From Thermoanaerobaculia bacterium (GTDB taxonomy: Bacteria; Acidobacteriota; Thermoanaerobaculia; Multivoradales; UBA5704), in assembly GCA_044226625.1 (NCBI GenBank), contig JBGAGQ010000003.1, forward strand, positions 1 to 64,000: a stretch of 64,000 nucleotides of DNA. Reading direction: 5' to 3'. A program made the position numbers and the translations under genes. The stretch's first letter is position 1, and every line of letters starts with the position of its first letter. This document shows positions 41,789-50,727 of this stretch, in pieces. A model generated the notes under the pieces. The model made no database searches. It had not been told where the DNA came from and worked only from the letters and a program-made list of their open reading frames with translations.

Positions 41789-43300
41789 TCACTCCGGCGG
41801 CTCGCGACGCGGAGGTCCCGGATCGTGCCCGGGCGCGTACGGCCGCACGGGTAGGTCGAGACCCGCGTCGCCCTCGAGCTTCGTGCCGCAACCGCAGATG
41901 CCGAGCGGGCCCTGCTCGAAGGCGTCAAGCCGCAATCGGTCGGCGATGTTCTTTTCGTTGATCGCGGCGGTGAAAAAGGCGCCGAGGCCGAGCGCGGCGC
42001 AGCTCCAATAGAACGTCTGGCTGAGATGGCCGGCGTCGAGCAGCAAGACCCGATACGCCTTCTTGTGCACCTGGTATTTCCAAAAGTTCCGGTAGAAGCG
42101 CGCGGCCAGCACGACCAGGACGTGGGCGGTTTGGAAATACGACTGCCCGGCGGTGAATTCGTTCGCCAACGCTTCGGCCTCGGCGAGGGTCAAACGTTCG
42201 ATCCGCTCCAGGCCATGGACACGGACGTCGTAGTGGTAGAGGCCCGGCGGGAGGCCCTGGACTCGCAACACGAGGGGATACGCCTCGATTGGATGGAGCC
42301 CGCCGCCCGAAGGGCTGGTCTTCTGGAGTGCGACGACTCCGTCGGCGACCTCGGCCACGCCCCGGCAGCCGAAGACGTGGCGCAACAGCGAGGACAGATC
42401 GGCCAGCGACATCGCGCCGTCGCGGTCGAAGACGCGCGTGGTCTTGCGCTCCGCCGGCCATCGAGACGCGATCCTCTCGTCTTCGACGAGGGGCAGCGGG
42501 ACGGCCTCGGCTCCCAGGACCGAAAGGAAGGGCGCCGGAGGCTTGCCATAGCGAGCCACCACCCGGTTGAGCCCCTCGCCTCCGTTCAAATAGGCGTCCC
42601 AACGGTCCGCGTCACCTTCCTGCAGCCCGACGTCGCCCCACACGCTCATGAAGTGATAGAGGGCGGCGTACGGCTCCCACCTCGACGCGGCGATCTCCTC
42701 GTCTCGCCTTCTCGCCGACGCGGCCTCCGGGACGTCGCTCGCGAGCAGGAGGCCTTTCTCGATCAGATGGTCGATCACCTCTTCGTCGAACCGCTCTTTC
42801 AGCCGGTCGACCTCGATCCAGCGCGTCGAGGGGACGCCCGCCAGGATCTCCAGCTCGGCCTCGCTGATCAGATGCTCGGTTTGAGCGAGGAGGTCGGCGG
42901 CCACGAGCTCGTTGCCGCGGAAGATCGAGATCTCGCCGCGCAACAGCTCGTCGACGCCGAGCGAGTAGCGGTCCCGCAGCCAGAGAAAACAGAGGTGATG
43001 CCGCTTGACCGTCTTTCGGAGTCCCGCGGAATTTCCTTTCGAATCGGGCGCGTCGCCGTTCGGCCGACGCTCGGCCGACGTCACCGCGGCGGCGTCCCGA
43101 GCGCCGAAGCCGAATCGGTGGAGACAGTCCGATTTCTCCGGCAGCCGCACCCGCGCGGGTAGCCGTTCCGGATCGAGCGCGACGTCGAGCCTCTCGAGAA
43201 GGGTCCGTGGATTCCCCTCGAGCTCCGCCCGGAACGCGTCGTCCGTGGCGAGCCGGTAGGCAAGATCCGAGGTGAGCTCCAAACGGGTTCGGCTCGGCAT
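41789..43300 (-). CDS. SagB/nitroreductase-type peptide maturation dehydrogenase with N-terminal NHLP-like segment
   Basis: RKTTRVF, KTSPSGGGLHPIEAY, GLYHY, RNFWKY, LDAGHLSQTFY; N-terminus LAYRLATDDAFRAELEGNPR. Confidence 0.85.
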   Translation of the reverse strand: MPSRTRLELTSDLAYRLATDDAFRAELEGNPRTLLERLDVALDPERLPARVRLPEKSDCLHRFGFGARDAAAVTSAERRPNGDAPDSKGNSAGLRKTVKRHHLCFLWLRDRYSLGVDELLRGEISIFRGNELVAADLLAQTEHLISEAELEILAGVPSTRWIEVDRLKERFDEEVIDHLIEKGLLLASDVPEAASARRRDEEIAASRWEPYAALYHFMSVWGDVGLQEGDADRWDAYLNGGEGLNRVVARYGKPPAPFLSVLGAEAVPLPLVEDERIASRWPAERKTTRVFDRDGAMSLADLSSLLRHVFGCRGVAEVADGVVALQKTSPSGGGLHPIEAYPLVLRVQGLPPGLYHYDVRVHGLERIERLTLAEAEALANEFTAGQSYFQTAHVLVVLAARFYRNFWKYQVHKKAYRVLLLDAGHLSQTFYWSCAALGLGAFFTAAINEKNIADRLRLDAFEQGPLGICGCGTKLEGDAGLDLPVRPYAPGHDPGPPRREPPE

Positions 43301-43303
43301 GGA

Positions 43304-45031
43304 TCAATCCTCCGGCGACCGGTTCGCCAGGATTCGAGCGAGCGGCTCGAGCTGGGTTTCGTAGCGGCGCCAGCGCCCGATCTCGTCCGTGTGCATGGCC
43401 GGGAACGCATCGCCCGCGGCGGCTTCGCGGCGGGCCTCCGCATCCGCCAGTCCGCAGAAGCTCTCGACTCGCGTCATCACCTCGCGCGGGTTCTCGACCA
43501 GCTCTTCGTAGCGAACCTCCATCACGGGCGTGGGGAGCACCTCCTGCCAATGGCGCATCAAACGGCAATAGGAGAGGAAATAGCGCCCCAGCTCTTCGAG
43601 ATCGAAGCTGAACGTCTGTCCCCGCGCGAAGTTGGTGCAGTAGCAGGCGAGGCACGCGTCCATGGTCCCCCGAACGCAATGGAGGATCGCGGCCCGGGGC
43701 AGGATGAGTTGGATCAAACCGAGGTGGAGGAAATTGCCCGGCAAGGTGTCCGTGAACCGTGCCGCGGGCCCCGCGATCGCCGTCGCCTGGGCGACGTACT
43801 CCTGGCCCAGCTCGCGCGCCTGGCGCCGGGTCATCCGTGCGACGCCATCCGGATAGGTCGCACCGAGGCGCGTTGGAAAAGCGGCGGCGATCTCGGGCAC
43901 GAAGTCCGGCTCGCCGCCCGCGTGGAGCGCAGGATGCCGCCGGAGCATGCGCTCCACGAGCGTCTTGCCGGTCCGGGGCATGCCGACGATGAAGATCGGG
44001 ACCGCCGACGAAAATCCGAAGTCGGAGCGCTCGGCAAACAAACTCCGGGGGAAGGCGGCGATCAGGCGGTCGTGAGCTTCCTCTTCTCGCGCGGCGTCGA
44101 ACGAGATCGACGACCTTCGGAGACGGTTGCCTTCCGCGAACGCTTCGAAAGCCGCCGCGTGATCTCCCAGATCGGCGTACGCCTTGCCCAGGGCGAACGA
44201 CAAGGCCGGCCGCTCTTCGGCCGCCTCAGGCATCCGATCGCGCAGGCGGACGAGCTCGGCGAGCGCCGGATCGCCGGGCTCGAACGTCTTCGCCAAGGCG
44301 AGGTTGTAACGCGCCTCCACGTAGCTCGGGGCCAGCTCGAGGGCTCGGGCGTAACTGGCCACGGCCCCGTCGACCTCGCCTTGCAGCTGTAAGGCGTTGC
44401 CGAGGTTGTTGTGCGCCTGAGCCAGCTTCGGATCGAGCGCCAGCGCCTGCCGGTAGCAGGCGATCGCCTCGGCCGTCCGGCCCCTCTCCATGAGCGCGAT
44501 GCCGAGATTGTTGCGCGCCGGCGCCGAGCTCGGCGCCAATTCGAGGGCCCGCCGAAAACTCTCTTCCGCATCCCGCGTCCGCCCCAGCCGGAGCAAGGCG
44601 CTCCCCTGTCCGTTGTGGGGCGCGCCGAGATCGGGCCGGAGCTCCGCCGCGCGACCGTACGCGGCGACCGCGCGATGGGGGTCGCCGATCGCCAGGCCGT
44701 GGTTCCCCAGGCAGAGGTGCGCCTCGAACGAGTCGGGATCGATCCGCAAGGCGGTCTCGTAGCACGCCAGGGCTTCATCGAACCGTCCTCGCGCCTCGAG
44801 GACCTTCCCCAGGTTGAGGTGGCCGAAGAGGAAATCGGGACGGATCGAAAGTAACTTGCGATAGAGACGTTCCGCCTCGTCGAGCCGGCCGGAATGGTGG
44901 TGGCGAATGGCTTCTTCGAACGTTCGCTTCGGGTCGGCGGCGCTCTCGAGCCCGTCCGCCGGCTCGATCCGCGACTCGGCCGAAAATTCATCCACGAATT
45001 CGCGTTGGGCTTCGCTCTGGACGGCGATCAT
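43304..45031 (-). CDS. TPR-repeat sulfotransferase
   Basis: Start MIAVQ overlaps the upstream stop (ATGA); TPRs; IFIVGMPRTGKTL, EVRYEELV. Confidence 0.85.
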   Translation of the reverse strand: MIAVQSEAQREFVDEFSAESRIEPADGLESAADPKRTFEEAIRHHHSGRLDEAERLYRKLLSIRPDFLFGHLNLGKVLEARGRFDEALACYETALRIDPDSFEAHLCLGNHGLAIGDPHRAVAAYGRAAELRPDLGAPHNGQGSALLRLGRTRDAEESFRRALELAPSSAPARNNLGIALMERGRTAEAIACYRQALALDPKLAQAHNNLGNALQLQGEVDGAVASYARALELAPSYVEARYNLALAKTFEPGDPALAELVRLRDRMPEAAEERPALSFALGKAYADLGDHAAAFEAFAEGNRLRRSSISFDAAREEEAHDRLIAAFPRSLFAERSDFGFSSAVPIFIVGMPRTGKTLVERMLRRHPALHAGGEPDFVPEIAAAFPTRLGATYPDGVARMTRRQARELGQEYVAQATAIAGPAARFTDTLPGNFLHLGLIQLILPRAAILHCVRGTMDACLACYCTNFARGQTFSFDLEELGRYFLSYCRLMRHWQEVLPTPVMEVRYEELVENPREVMTRVESFCGLADAEARREAAAGDAFPAMHTDEIGRWRRYETQLEPLARILANRSPED

Positions 45032-47145
45032 CGGGTCTCCCGCCCGAGCGCTCGCTTCAACGGCTCGAGGTGGGCCTCGTAACGGCGCCAACGCCCGACC
45101 GATCTCTCGTAGATCGGCTGGCGCACCTGAAGGTTGCTCGCGGTGCGGACCGGACGCTCGGTTCGGTGGAACGCGACGCATCGGTCGTCCCACGGCAGGC
45201 CGCAGAACGCGAGCAGCTTGCGGGTGATCTCCTCCTGGTTCGAGACCAGGTCCTCGTAGCGGACGTCGAGCGTCGGCGCCGGCAGTGCGCGCCGCCAGTG
45301 CGCCATCAGCCTCTCGTAGCTCCGGTGGTAGCTCCCCAACTCTTCGAGGTCGTAGGTGAACGGTTGGTTGTCGCCGGAAAACAGGATCGAGTAACAGGAC
45401 AGGCAGGTATCCAACGGATCCCGGAGGCAGTGGACGATGCGCGCCCCGGGCAGGGCGAGAGCGATCAGGCCCAGGTGGATGAAGTTCTCGGGCAGCTTGT
45501 TCGTGACGCGCCGGGCCGCGCCGTCGCGGGCGCGCAGCGTCTCGACATAGCGGCGTCCGGCGGCCGCCAGGGCGCGTTGCGGCGGAAGGCGCGGACCGTC
45601 GAGGTATCCCTCGTCGCGCCGTAGATCGGCGGCGATCCGACCGAGCGTGGGAAGCTCGCCCGCGCCATGGACCCCCGGGTGGCTGGCGAGGATCTGCTCG
45701 ACCAGGGTGGTTCCGGATCGCGGCATCCCCACGATGAAGATCGGCAGGTCCGACGGCTCTCCCCCGCCGAACCGCTCGGCCATCGCGGTGCGGCTCAAAT
45801 TCCTTTCGATTCGCAGCAGCGATTGCCGCCAGCGCCGAGCGCTGTAGTCGAGCCGCGCGCGCTTTCGCCGATTGCCGTCCGCCCAGAGGCCGAACGCCTC
45901 GTCCTCGCGGCCGGCCGCGTCGTATACCTTGCCGAGGGCGAACGAGAGGTACATCCGATCTTCGGACGAGGCGCGCTCGTGCCGCAGCAGCTCTTCCATC
46001 TTGGCGACCCGCGCGTCGCCGGGCGCCAAGCGCTGCACGTTGGCGAGATGGAAATAGGCCTTGGCGTTGCCGGGCGAGAGCTCGAGCGCCCGGCTCGCGC
46101 TCGCTTCCGCTTCGCGGAACCGGCCGAGGGCCGCCAAGGCAGTGCTCGCGTTCGCGTGCGGCTCGGGATAGTCCGGCCGCAGCCGGAGAGCCCGGCGAAA
46201 GCAGGCGAGCGCCTCGTCCACGCGGTCGAGCTCCAGCAGGGCGCAGCCGAGATTGTTGTGTCCTTCGGCGAGCCCGGGCTCCAAGCGCAACGCTTCCCGG
46301 TAGGAGGCGATGGCTTCGTCGAGTCGCTCCCGGTCCGCCAGCGCGGTCCCGAGGTTGTGGTGCGTCCGCCCGTCGTCGGGCCGGATGACGAGAGCCGCGT
46401 GGAAGCGCTCGATCGCCTCGTCGATTCGGCCCAGCTTGAGGAGCGCGCTGCCCAGATTGTCGAGCGCGTCGGCAGGGTGCGGGCTCCGCCTTGCGGCGTG
46501 TTCGAAATGGTGGACCGCGCGCTCCGTCGATCCCATCTCCAGAAGCAGGCAGCCGAGGTCGTAGTGCGCGGGCGCCGACTCGGGATCGATGCGGAGAGCG
46601 CGCTCGAACGCCCCGAGCGCCTCGTCGCGACGCCCCAGCGCTTGGCATGCCAACCCGAGGTTCACGTGCGCGGGCACGAAATCCGGCCGGATCGCCAACG
46701 CCCGCCGATAGCAGTCGACGGCGGCGGCGATCTCGCCGGAGCTCTTGAGGGCGTTGCCCAGGTTGAGATGCGCCTCCACGTACTCGGCGTCCCGCTCGAG
46801 AGCGCACCGGTAGCTTCGAATGGCCTCCGTGCGCCGGCCCGCGCTCTCGTAGGCCTTGCCGAGGTTGTAACGGAGGAGGGGCGCCTGAGGCCGAGACGAA
46901 ACCGCCTTTTCGAACAGCACCGTGGCCTCGCCGGAGTTGCCCCGCTGGGCGAGGAGCAGCCCCAGATACTGGAGCGCGTCCGCGTCGTCGGGACGCTCTC
47001 GCAAGACCCTGCGGTAGATCGCCTCGGCGTCCTCATGGCGTCCGGCCTTGTGAAGCTCGACGCCGGCCTCGATGGGGTCGTCGATTGGCGGTCGCGGCGC
47101 CAACGGCACGGCGGGCTCCCGAGGGATGTCTGTGGGGTCGATCAT
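45028..47145 (-). CDS. TPR-repeat sulfotransferase
   Basis: About 10 TPRs; IFIVGMPRSGTTLVEQIL, RDPLDTCLS, TASNLQVRQPIY. Confidence 0.9.
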   Translation of the reverse strand: MIDPTDIPREPAVPLAPRPPIDDPIEAGVELHKAGRHEDAEAIYRRVLRERPDDADALQYLGLLLAQRGNSGEATVLFEKAVSSRPQAPLLRYNLGKAYESAGRRTEAIRSYRCALERDAEYVEAHLNLGNALKSSGEIAAAVDCYRRALAIRPDFVPAHVNLGLACQALGRRDEALGAFERALRIDPESAPAHYDLGCLLLEMGSTERAVHHFEHAARRSPHPADALDNLGSALLKLGRIDEAIERFHAALVIRPDDGRTHHNLGTALADRERLDEAIASYREALRLEPGLAEGHNNLGCALLELDRVDEALACFRRALRLRPDYPEPHANASTALAALGRFREAEASASRALELSPGNAKAYFHLANVQRLAPGDARVAKMEELLRHERASSEDRMYLSFALGKVYDAAGREDEAFGLWADGNRRKRARLDYSARRWRQSLLRIERNLSRTAMAERFGGGEPSDLPIFIVGMPRSGTTLVEQILASHPGVHGAGELPTLGRIAADLRRDEGYLDGPRLPPQRALAAAGRRYVETLRARDGAARRVTNKLPENFIHLGLIALALPGARIVHCLRDPLDTCLSCYSILFSGDNQPFTYDLEELGSYHRSYERLMAHWRRALPAPTLDVRYEDLVSNQEEITRKLLAFCGLPWDDRCVAFHRTERPVRTASNLQVRQPIYERSVGRWRRYEAHLEPLKRALGRETR

Positions 47146-47174
47146 CGCGCGCTCCGGATCGGCCTCGGAGCGAG

Positions 47175-47205
47175 GGGTGGCCCGGACCGGTCGCCCGGGC
47201 CACCC
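47175..47205 (-). terminator. Stem-loop downstream of precursor gene 47227-47421 (no U-tract; read-through likely)
   Basis: GGGTGGCCCGG-9 nt-CCGGGCCACCC. Confidence 0.55.
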
Positions 47206-47226
47206 GCCGCCGAGACGGTCAACGAC

Positions 47227-47421
47227 CTAGTTGCAGGCGGGCCAGCCGAACGGGCAGGTGCAGGTCGAGCCGTCGTTGCAGCAGGTCGACAGGAAGGCGC
47301 AGCTGCACTTGGTCTGACCGCTCGAACAGGCCTGCGGCTCGATGCCGGTCCGGTTCTCGCCCTCGCGAACGGCGGCGAAACGGTTGCGGTGGACGGGTTC
47401 GGACTGAAGCGGGGTGTTCAT
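47227..47421 (-). CDS. Cys-rich RiPP precursor with cyanobactin-like leader
   Basis: RBS AAAGGAG; PLQSEPVHR...GIEPQ followed by an 8-Cys core. Confidence 0.8.
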   Translation of the reverse strand: MNTPLQSEPVHRNRFAAVREGENRTGIEPQACSSGQTKCSCAFLSTCCNDGSTCTCPFGWPACN

Positions 47422-47537
47422 ATCGAACTCCTTTGGATGTGTGCCCCGTCACGGGACGGCGGCACGGGGTTGCGATCGACGACGGGTGGAACGACGGCGG
47501 TTCGAAAGCAGTTATGCGGTTCTGCGACGGTGGGCGA

Positions 47538-49604
47538 TCAGTAGACGTCCCAATGCCGGACGGCGCCCACGGTGACCGGGATCACTTCGCTCACGTCGAC
47601 CGTGAATCGATAGACGTGGCGCGCCTGCTCCAGGCGCTTGGCCGGGTTGAAGAAGATCAGCTTGACGTCCCAGCAATCGGAGCCGGGGCGGCAGATCGGG
47701 CTCCGTTCGACGCCGATCCGGTCGAGCTTCAAACCGCCGTGCACCGCGTCTCGGTAGATGAACTCGAGTTGGAAGGCGTTCGTCGCGGCGAAGTTCATCG
47801 ACCTCTCCTGCGGCGTCAGGCCCAGGTTGCGGACCTCGTAATAGACCCGCTCGAGGAAGTTCTGAATCCCTTCCGACTTCCGCGCGTGCGCCGCCGCCGA
47901 ATCCTTTTCTTTCGGGACCTCTCCGGCGGCCGCCTTGACCAGCGCGGGCGTATGCCAGCTGTAGAGGCCGCGCACGTCGGGATAGAGCACGGGCACGATC
48001 TGTCCGTTGAGCAGACGCTTCGTGCCTCGAACGACGCCGGGCACGGACACGCGCTCGGCGCCTTCGGTCAGCTGCTCTCGCAGCGCGCGCCGCAGCCGCT
48101 CGTAGGTCGTGGCGGCGAACGGGCCGTTCGGCGCCACCGCATAGACGACCGTGGCATCGAGGCTGAGCGTCCAGGTGAGGCTCGCCGCCGCGGATGGGTC
48201 TTCGTCCAGATACGCCAGCAGCTCCCGCGGATCGTTCACGTTGCGATGGGTGAGCTGGATGAACTGGTCCCGCCTGGATTCCGTGCCGAAGTCGTACCCG
48301 AGCTGCCCCAGCACGTACGCCAGCACCGGGCTCGCGGATCCTCCGGATCCTCCCGCGCTGCCCGAGCCGCCGCAGCCGCAATCGGAGGCTTCGATGCCGC
48401 TCGCCGCGATGCCGGCCCCGCTTTCCGCTTCGACCTCGAATCCGAGCTCGGGGAGGTCCGCGAGCGCTTCGGCGGCGATCACGGCGTTCGCGATTCCTTG
48501 GGGATCCTCGACGCTCGACGCCTCGATCGCGGTCGATCCGCCACTCTCAACTTGCGCTTGGCTTGACATGTGTCCTTCCCTTTCCGTGGGTTGGTGGTTG
48601 ATATGAATGGCCATGGCCGTTCCGGTCTTTTGCGGCACCGGCAAGATGTCGATCGTGGGAGGAAGGTCGTGGGCATCGCTCCATGCCTCCCGCGCGGCGG
48701 CGAGGACTCCGAGCCCGGCGGTCAGGTGCCGGTAGGCCGCGGCGAGATCGAGCCGGCCGGCGAGCAGCCGCCGGCATTCCGTACCGCTCGAGACGTCGCA
48801 GGGCTCGGCGCCGCCGAGGAGCGCGGCGCGTACCCGGCGCGCGTCGGGCCTCTCGCCGCGGGCGAGCTGGAGGCTCATCAAGAGCGCCGCGAGGCCCGAG
48901 ACCACGGGCGTGGCGAAGCTGGTCCCCGTCTTCCTTGCGACTCCGCCCCCGGGTAACGCGCCGAGGATCTCCTCCCCGGGCGCGAGAATTCCTTGCTCGA
49001 GGTAGGCCTCGCCCCAGTTGCTGAACTCCAAGGGAGTCCCGGCCGCGGTCATCGCGCCGACCGCGAGCACCGACGGCACGGCGGCCGGAACGTGAACGCA
49101 GGCGCAGCCGTCGTTGCCCGCCGCGGCGACGATCAGGACGCCGTTCTCCCAACACCGCTCGATCGCCTGCGCCAGCAAAGGCTCGGCCTCGGCGCCCGGC
49201 GCGAGCTCGCCGCCGCTCACGTTGATCACGTGCGCGCCGTGGATCACGGCGAGGTTGATCGCCCGCGCGAGGTCGAGCTGCGAACAGGACAAAACGTTGC
49301 CTGGCCGCGGTGAATAGATGGGCACGATCAAACCGCGGCAGCCCGGCGCGATGCCCGGCACCGGGCTGCCGTGCCGGCCGAAGATCACGCTCGCGACATG
49401 GGTGCCGTGCCTCGACGCCGTATCGTCGCCCGCGGTGCCCGCGGTGCCCGAGGCCACGGTCTCGACCCGCGTGAGCCTCTCTTCCGAAAAGCAGGGATGG
49501 GAAAGATCGACCGGTCCGTCGAGAACGGCCACGCAGACCCGCGGATCTCCCATGGTCTCCGACCAGAGCGACTTCAACCGCGGCACCGCGACGTCGATGG
49601 CCAT
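47538..49604 (-). CDS. PatA/PatG-family cyanobactin maturation protease (S8 domain + PatG-type C-terminal DUFs)
   Basis: VAVLDGPVD, HGTHVAS, SQLDLARAI, GTSFATP; LGYDFGTESRRD, RNLGLTPQERSMNFAATNAFQ, SPICRPGSDCWDVKL, FTVDVSEVIPVTVG; RBS AAGGAG. Confidence 0.92.
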   Translation of the reverse strand: MAIDVAVPRLKSLWSETMGDPRVCVAVLDGPVDLSHPCFSEERLTRVETVASGTAGTAGDDTASRHGTHVASVIFGRHGSPVPGIAPGCRGLIVPIYSPRPGNVLSCSQLDLARAINLAVIHGAHVINVSGGELAPGAEAEPLLAQAIERCWENGVLIVAAAGNDGCACVHVPAAVPSVLAVGAMTAAGTPLEFSNWGEAYLEQGILAPGEEILGALPGGGVARKTGTSFATPVVSGLAALLMSLQLARGERPDARRVRAALLGGAEPCDVSSGTECRRLLAGRLDLAAAYRHLTAGLGVLAAAREAWSDAHDLPPTIDILPVPQKTGTAMAIHINHQPTEREGHMSSQAQVESGGSTAIEASSVEDPQGIANAVIAAEALADLPELGFEVEAESGAGIAASGIEASDCGCGGSGSAGGSGGSASPVLAYVLGQLGYDFGTESRRDQFIQLTHRNVNDPRELLAYLDEDPSAAASLTWTLSLDATVVYAVAPNGPFAATTYERLRRALREQLTEGAERVSVPGVVRGTKRLLNGQIVPVLYPDVRGLYSWHTPALVKAAAGEVPKEKDSAAAHARKSEGIQNFLERVYYEVRNLGLTPQERSMNFAATNAFQLEFIYRDAVHGGLKLDRIGVERSPICRPGSDCWDVKLIFFNPAKRLEQARHVYRFTVDVSEVIPVTVGAVRHWDVY

Positions 49605-49722
49605 TCGTCTCTCCTTCCAGGGTTCGGCCGGGCGACCGGCCGAACTTGCGTTTGTCTTCACTGAAAGGAAAGGTTAATGATCGATCGGCGGGCTGAAAAT
49701 CGGGGCCCTCTCTGATCTTCGG

Positions 49723-50445
49723 CTAGGGGAAAACCCGATCGTTCCCCTCCGGACGGGGCGGCTGCCGCTCCGTTTCGACCCACAACGTGGCGTGGCGTGC
49801 CAGGTCCGCGACGGAAGAGAGGTCGAGCTTGGACTTCAGATGCTCCAGATGGGTCTCGACCGTCTTGATGCTCAGATGGAGTTGTTGCGCGATGCGCCGC
49901 GTTCCGTGGCCCTCGCCCAGCAGACGGAAGACCTGCAACTGGCGGTCGCTGAGTTGCGCGAGGGGCGAGCCGGGCTCTCGAGGGTTTCCGCCGACGAACT
50001 GGCGGGCCAGTCGATTCGCCAGGGTGTCGCTCATGTAGACGTCGCCGCCGAGCACGTGGCGGATCGCGACCATCACCCGGTCGCAAAGCTGTTGTTTGGA
50101 AACGAAGCCCCGCGCGCCAGCCCGCAGCGAGCGCTCGCCGTAGATCGTCTCGGAATGCATCGAAAGCACGAGGACCGGAATCTTGGGATGACGCGCCGCC
50201 ATGGCTTTCACCAGCTCCAGACCGTCGTCGCCCCCTTCGAGCGCCAGGTCGACGATCAACAGGTCGGGCTTCTGCCGCTTGACGGCTTCGAGCGCGGCCT
50301 GGACTCCCCCGGCCTGGCCGGACACCATGAGGTCGGGCTCGTCGTCGATCAACGCGATCAAGCCGCGCCGCAAGAGCGGATGGTCTTCGACGACGAGGAT
50401 GGTCTTTCGTTCCTGAGCCAATCGTTCGGGTCGCTTCGCGGGCAT
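49723..50445 (-). CDS. NarL/LuxR-family response regulator
   Basis: VVEDHPLLRRG, IVDLAL, LSDRQLQVF, LSIKTVETH. Confidence 0.9.
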   Translation of the reverse strand: MPAKRPERLAQERKTILVVEDHPLLRRGLIALIDDEPDLMVSGQAGGVQAALEAVKRQKPDLLIVDLALEGGDDGLELVKAMAARHPKIPVLVLSMHSETIYGERSLRAGARGFVSKQQLCDRVMVAIRHVLGGDVYMSDTLANRLARQFVGGNPREPGSPLAQLSDRQLQVFRLLGEGHGTRRIAQQLHLSIKTVETHLEHLKSKLDLSSVADLARHATLWVETERQPPRPEGNDRVFP

Positions 50446-50727
50446 GGCGTCGATCCTCGGAGTAGCGGCCGGCGACGGAACATCGCAGGGGGCTGGGGGT
50501 CCGCGGCGCGAAGGCCCCGTTCTTCGGATGCGCCTCCTTCGCGCGGCCCATCCAAGAAAAGTATGGTTTCGTGGTCGGCCCGGACCATCCGGGAGCTCCC
50601 CGGTTGTGGCATCGGGGAAACCCCCAAGGTGCCGCGGGCGTGCTCCGCACAACGCGCGAGCGTGGAGGCGCGGGATCGACCGAACGTGGAGATCGAGGGG
50701 ACCGCGAAGATCGCGGAACGGAAGGAC

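Noticed and set aside
45032-46807. 1167-aa version of ORF 43304-46807
   Set aside because: The extension is an Arg-rich shadow frame over the first sulfotransferase; the real start is most likely 45031
47538-49604. PatG macrocyclase / canonical cyclic cyanobactin pathway
   Set aside because: No N-terminal oxidase domain, no evident capping insertion between the catalytic Asp and His, no AYD followers in the Cys-rich precursors, and no YcaO gene
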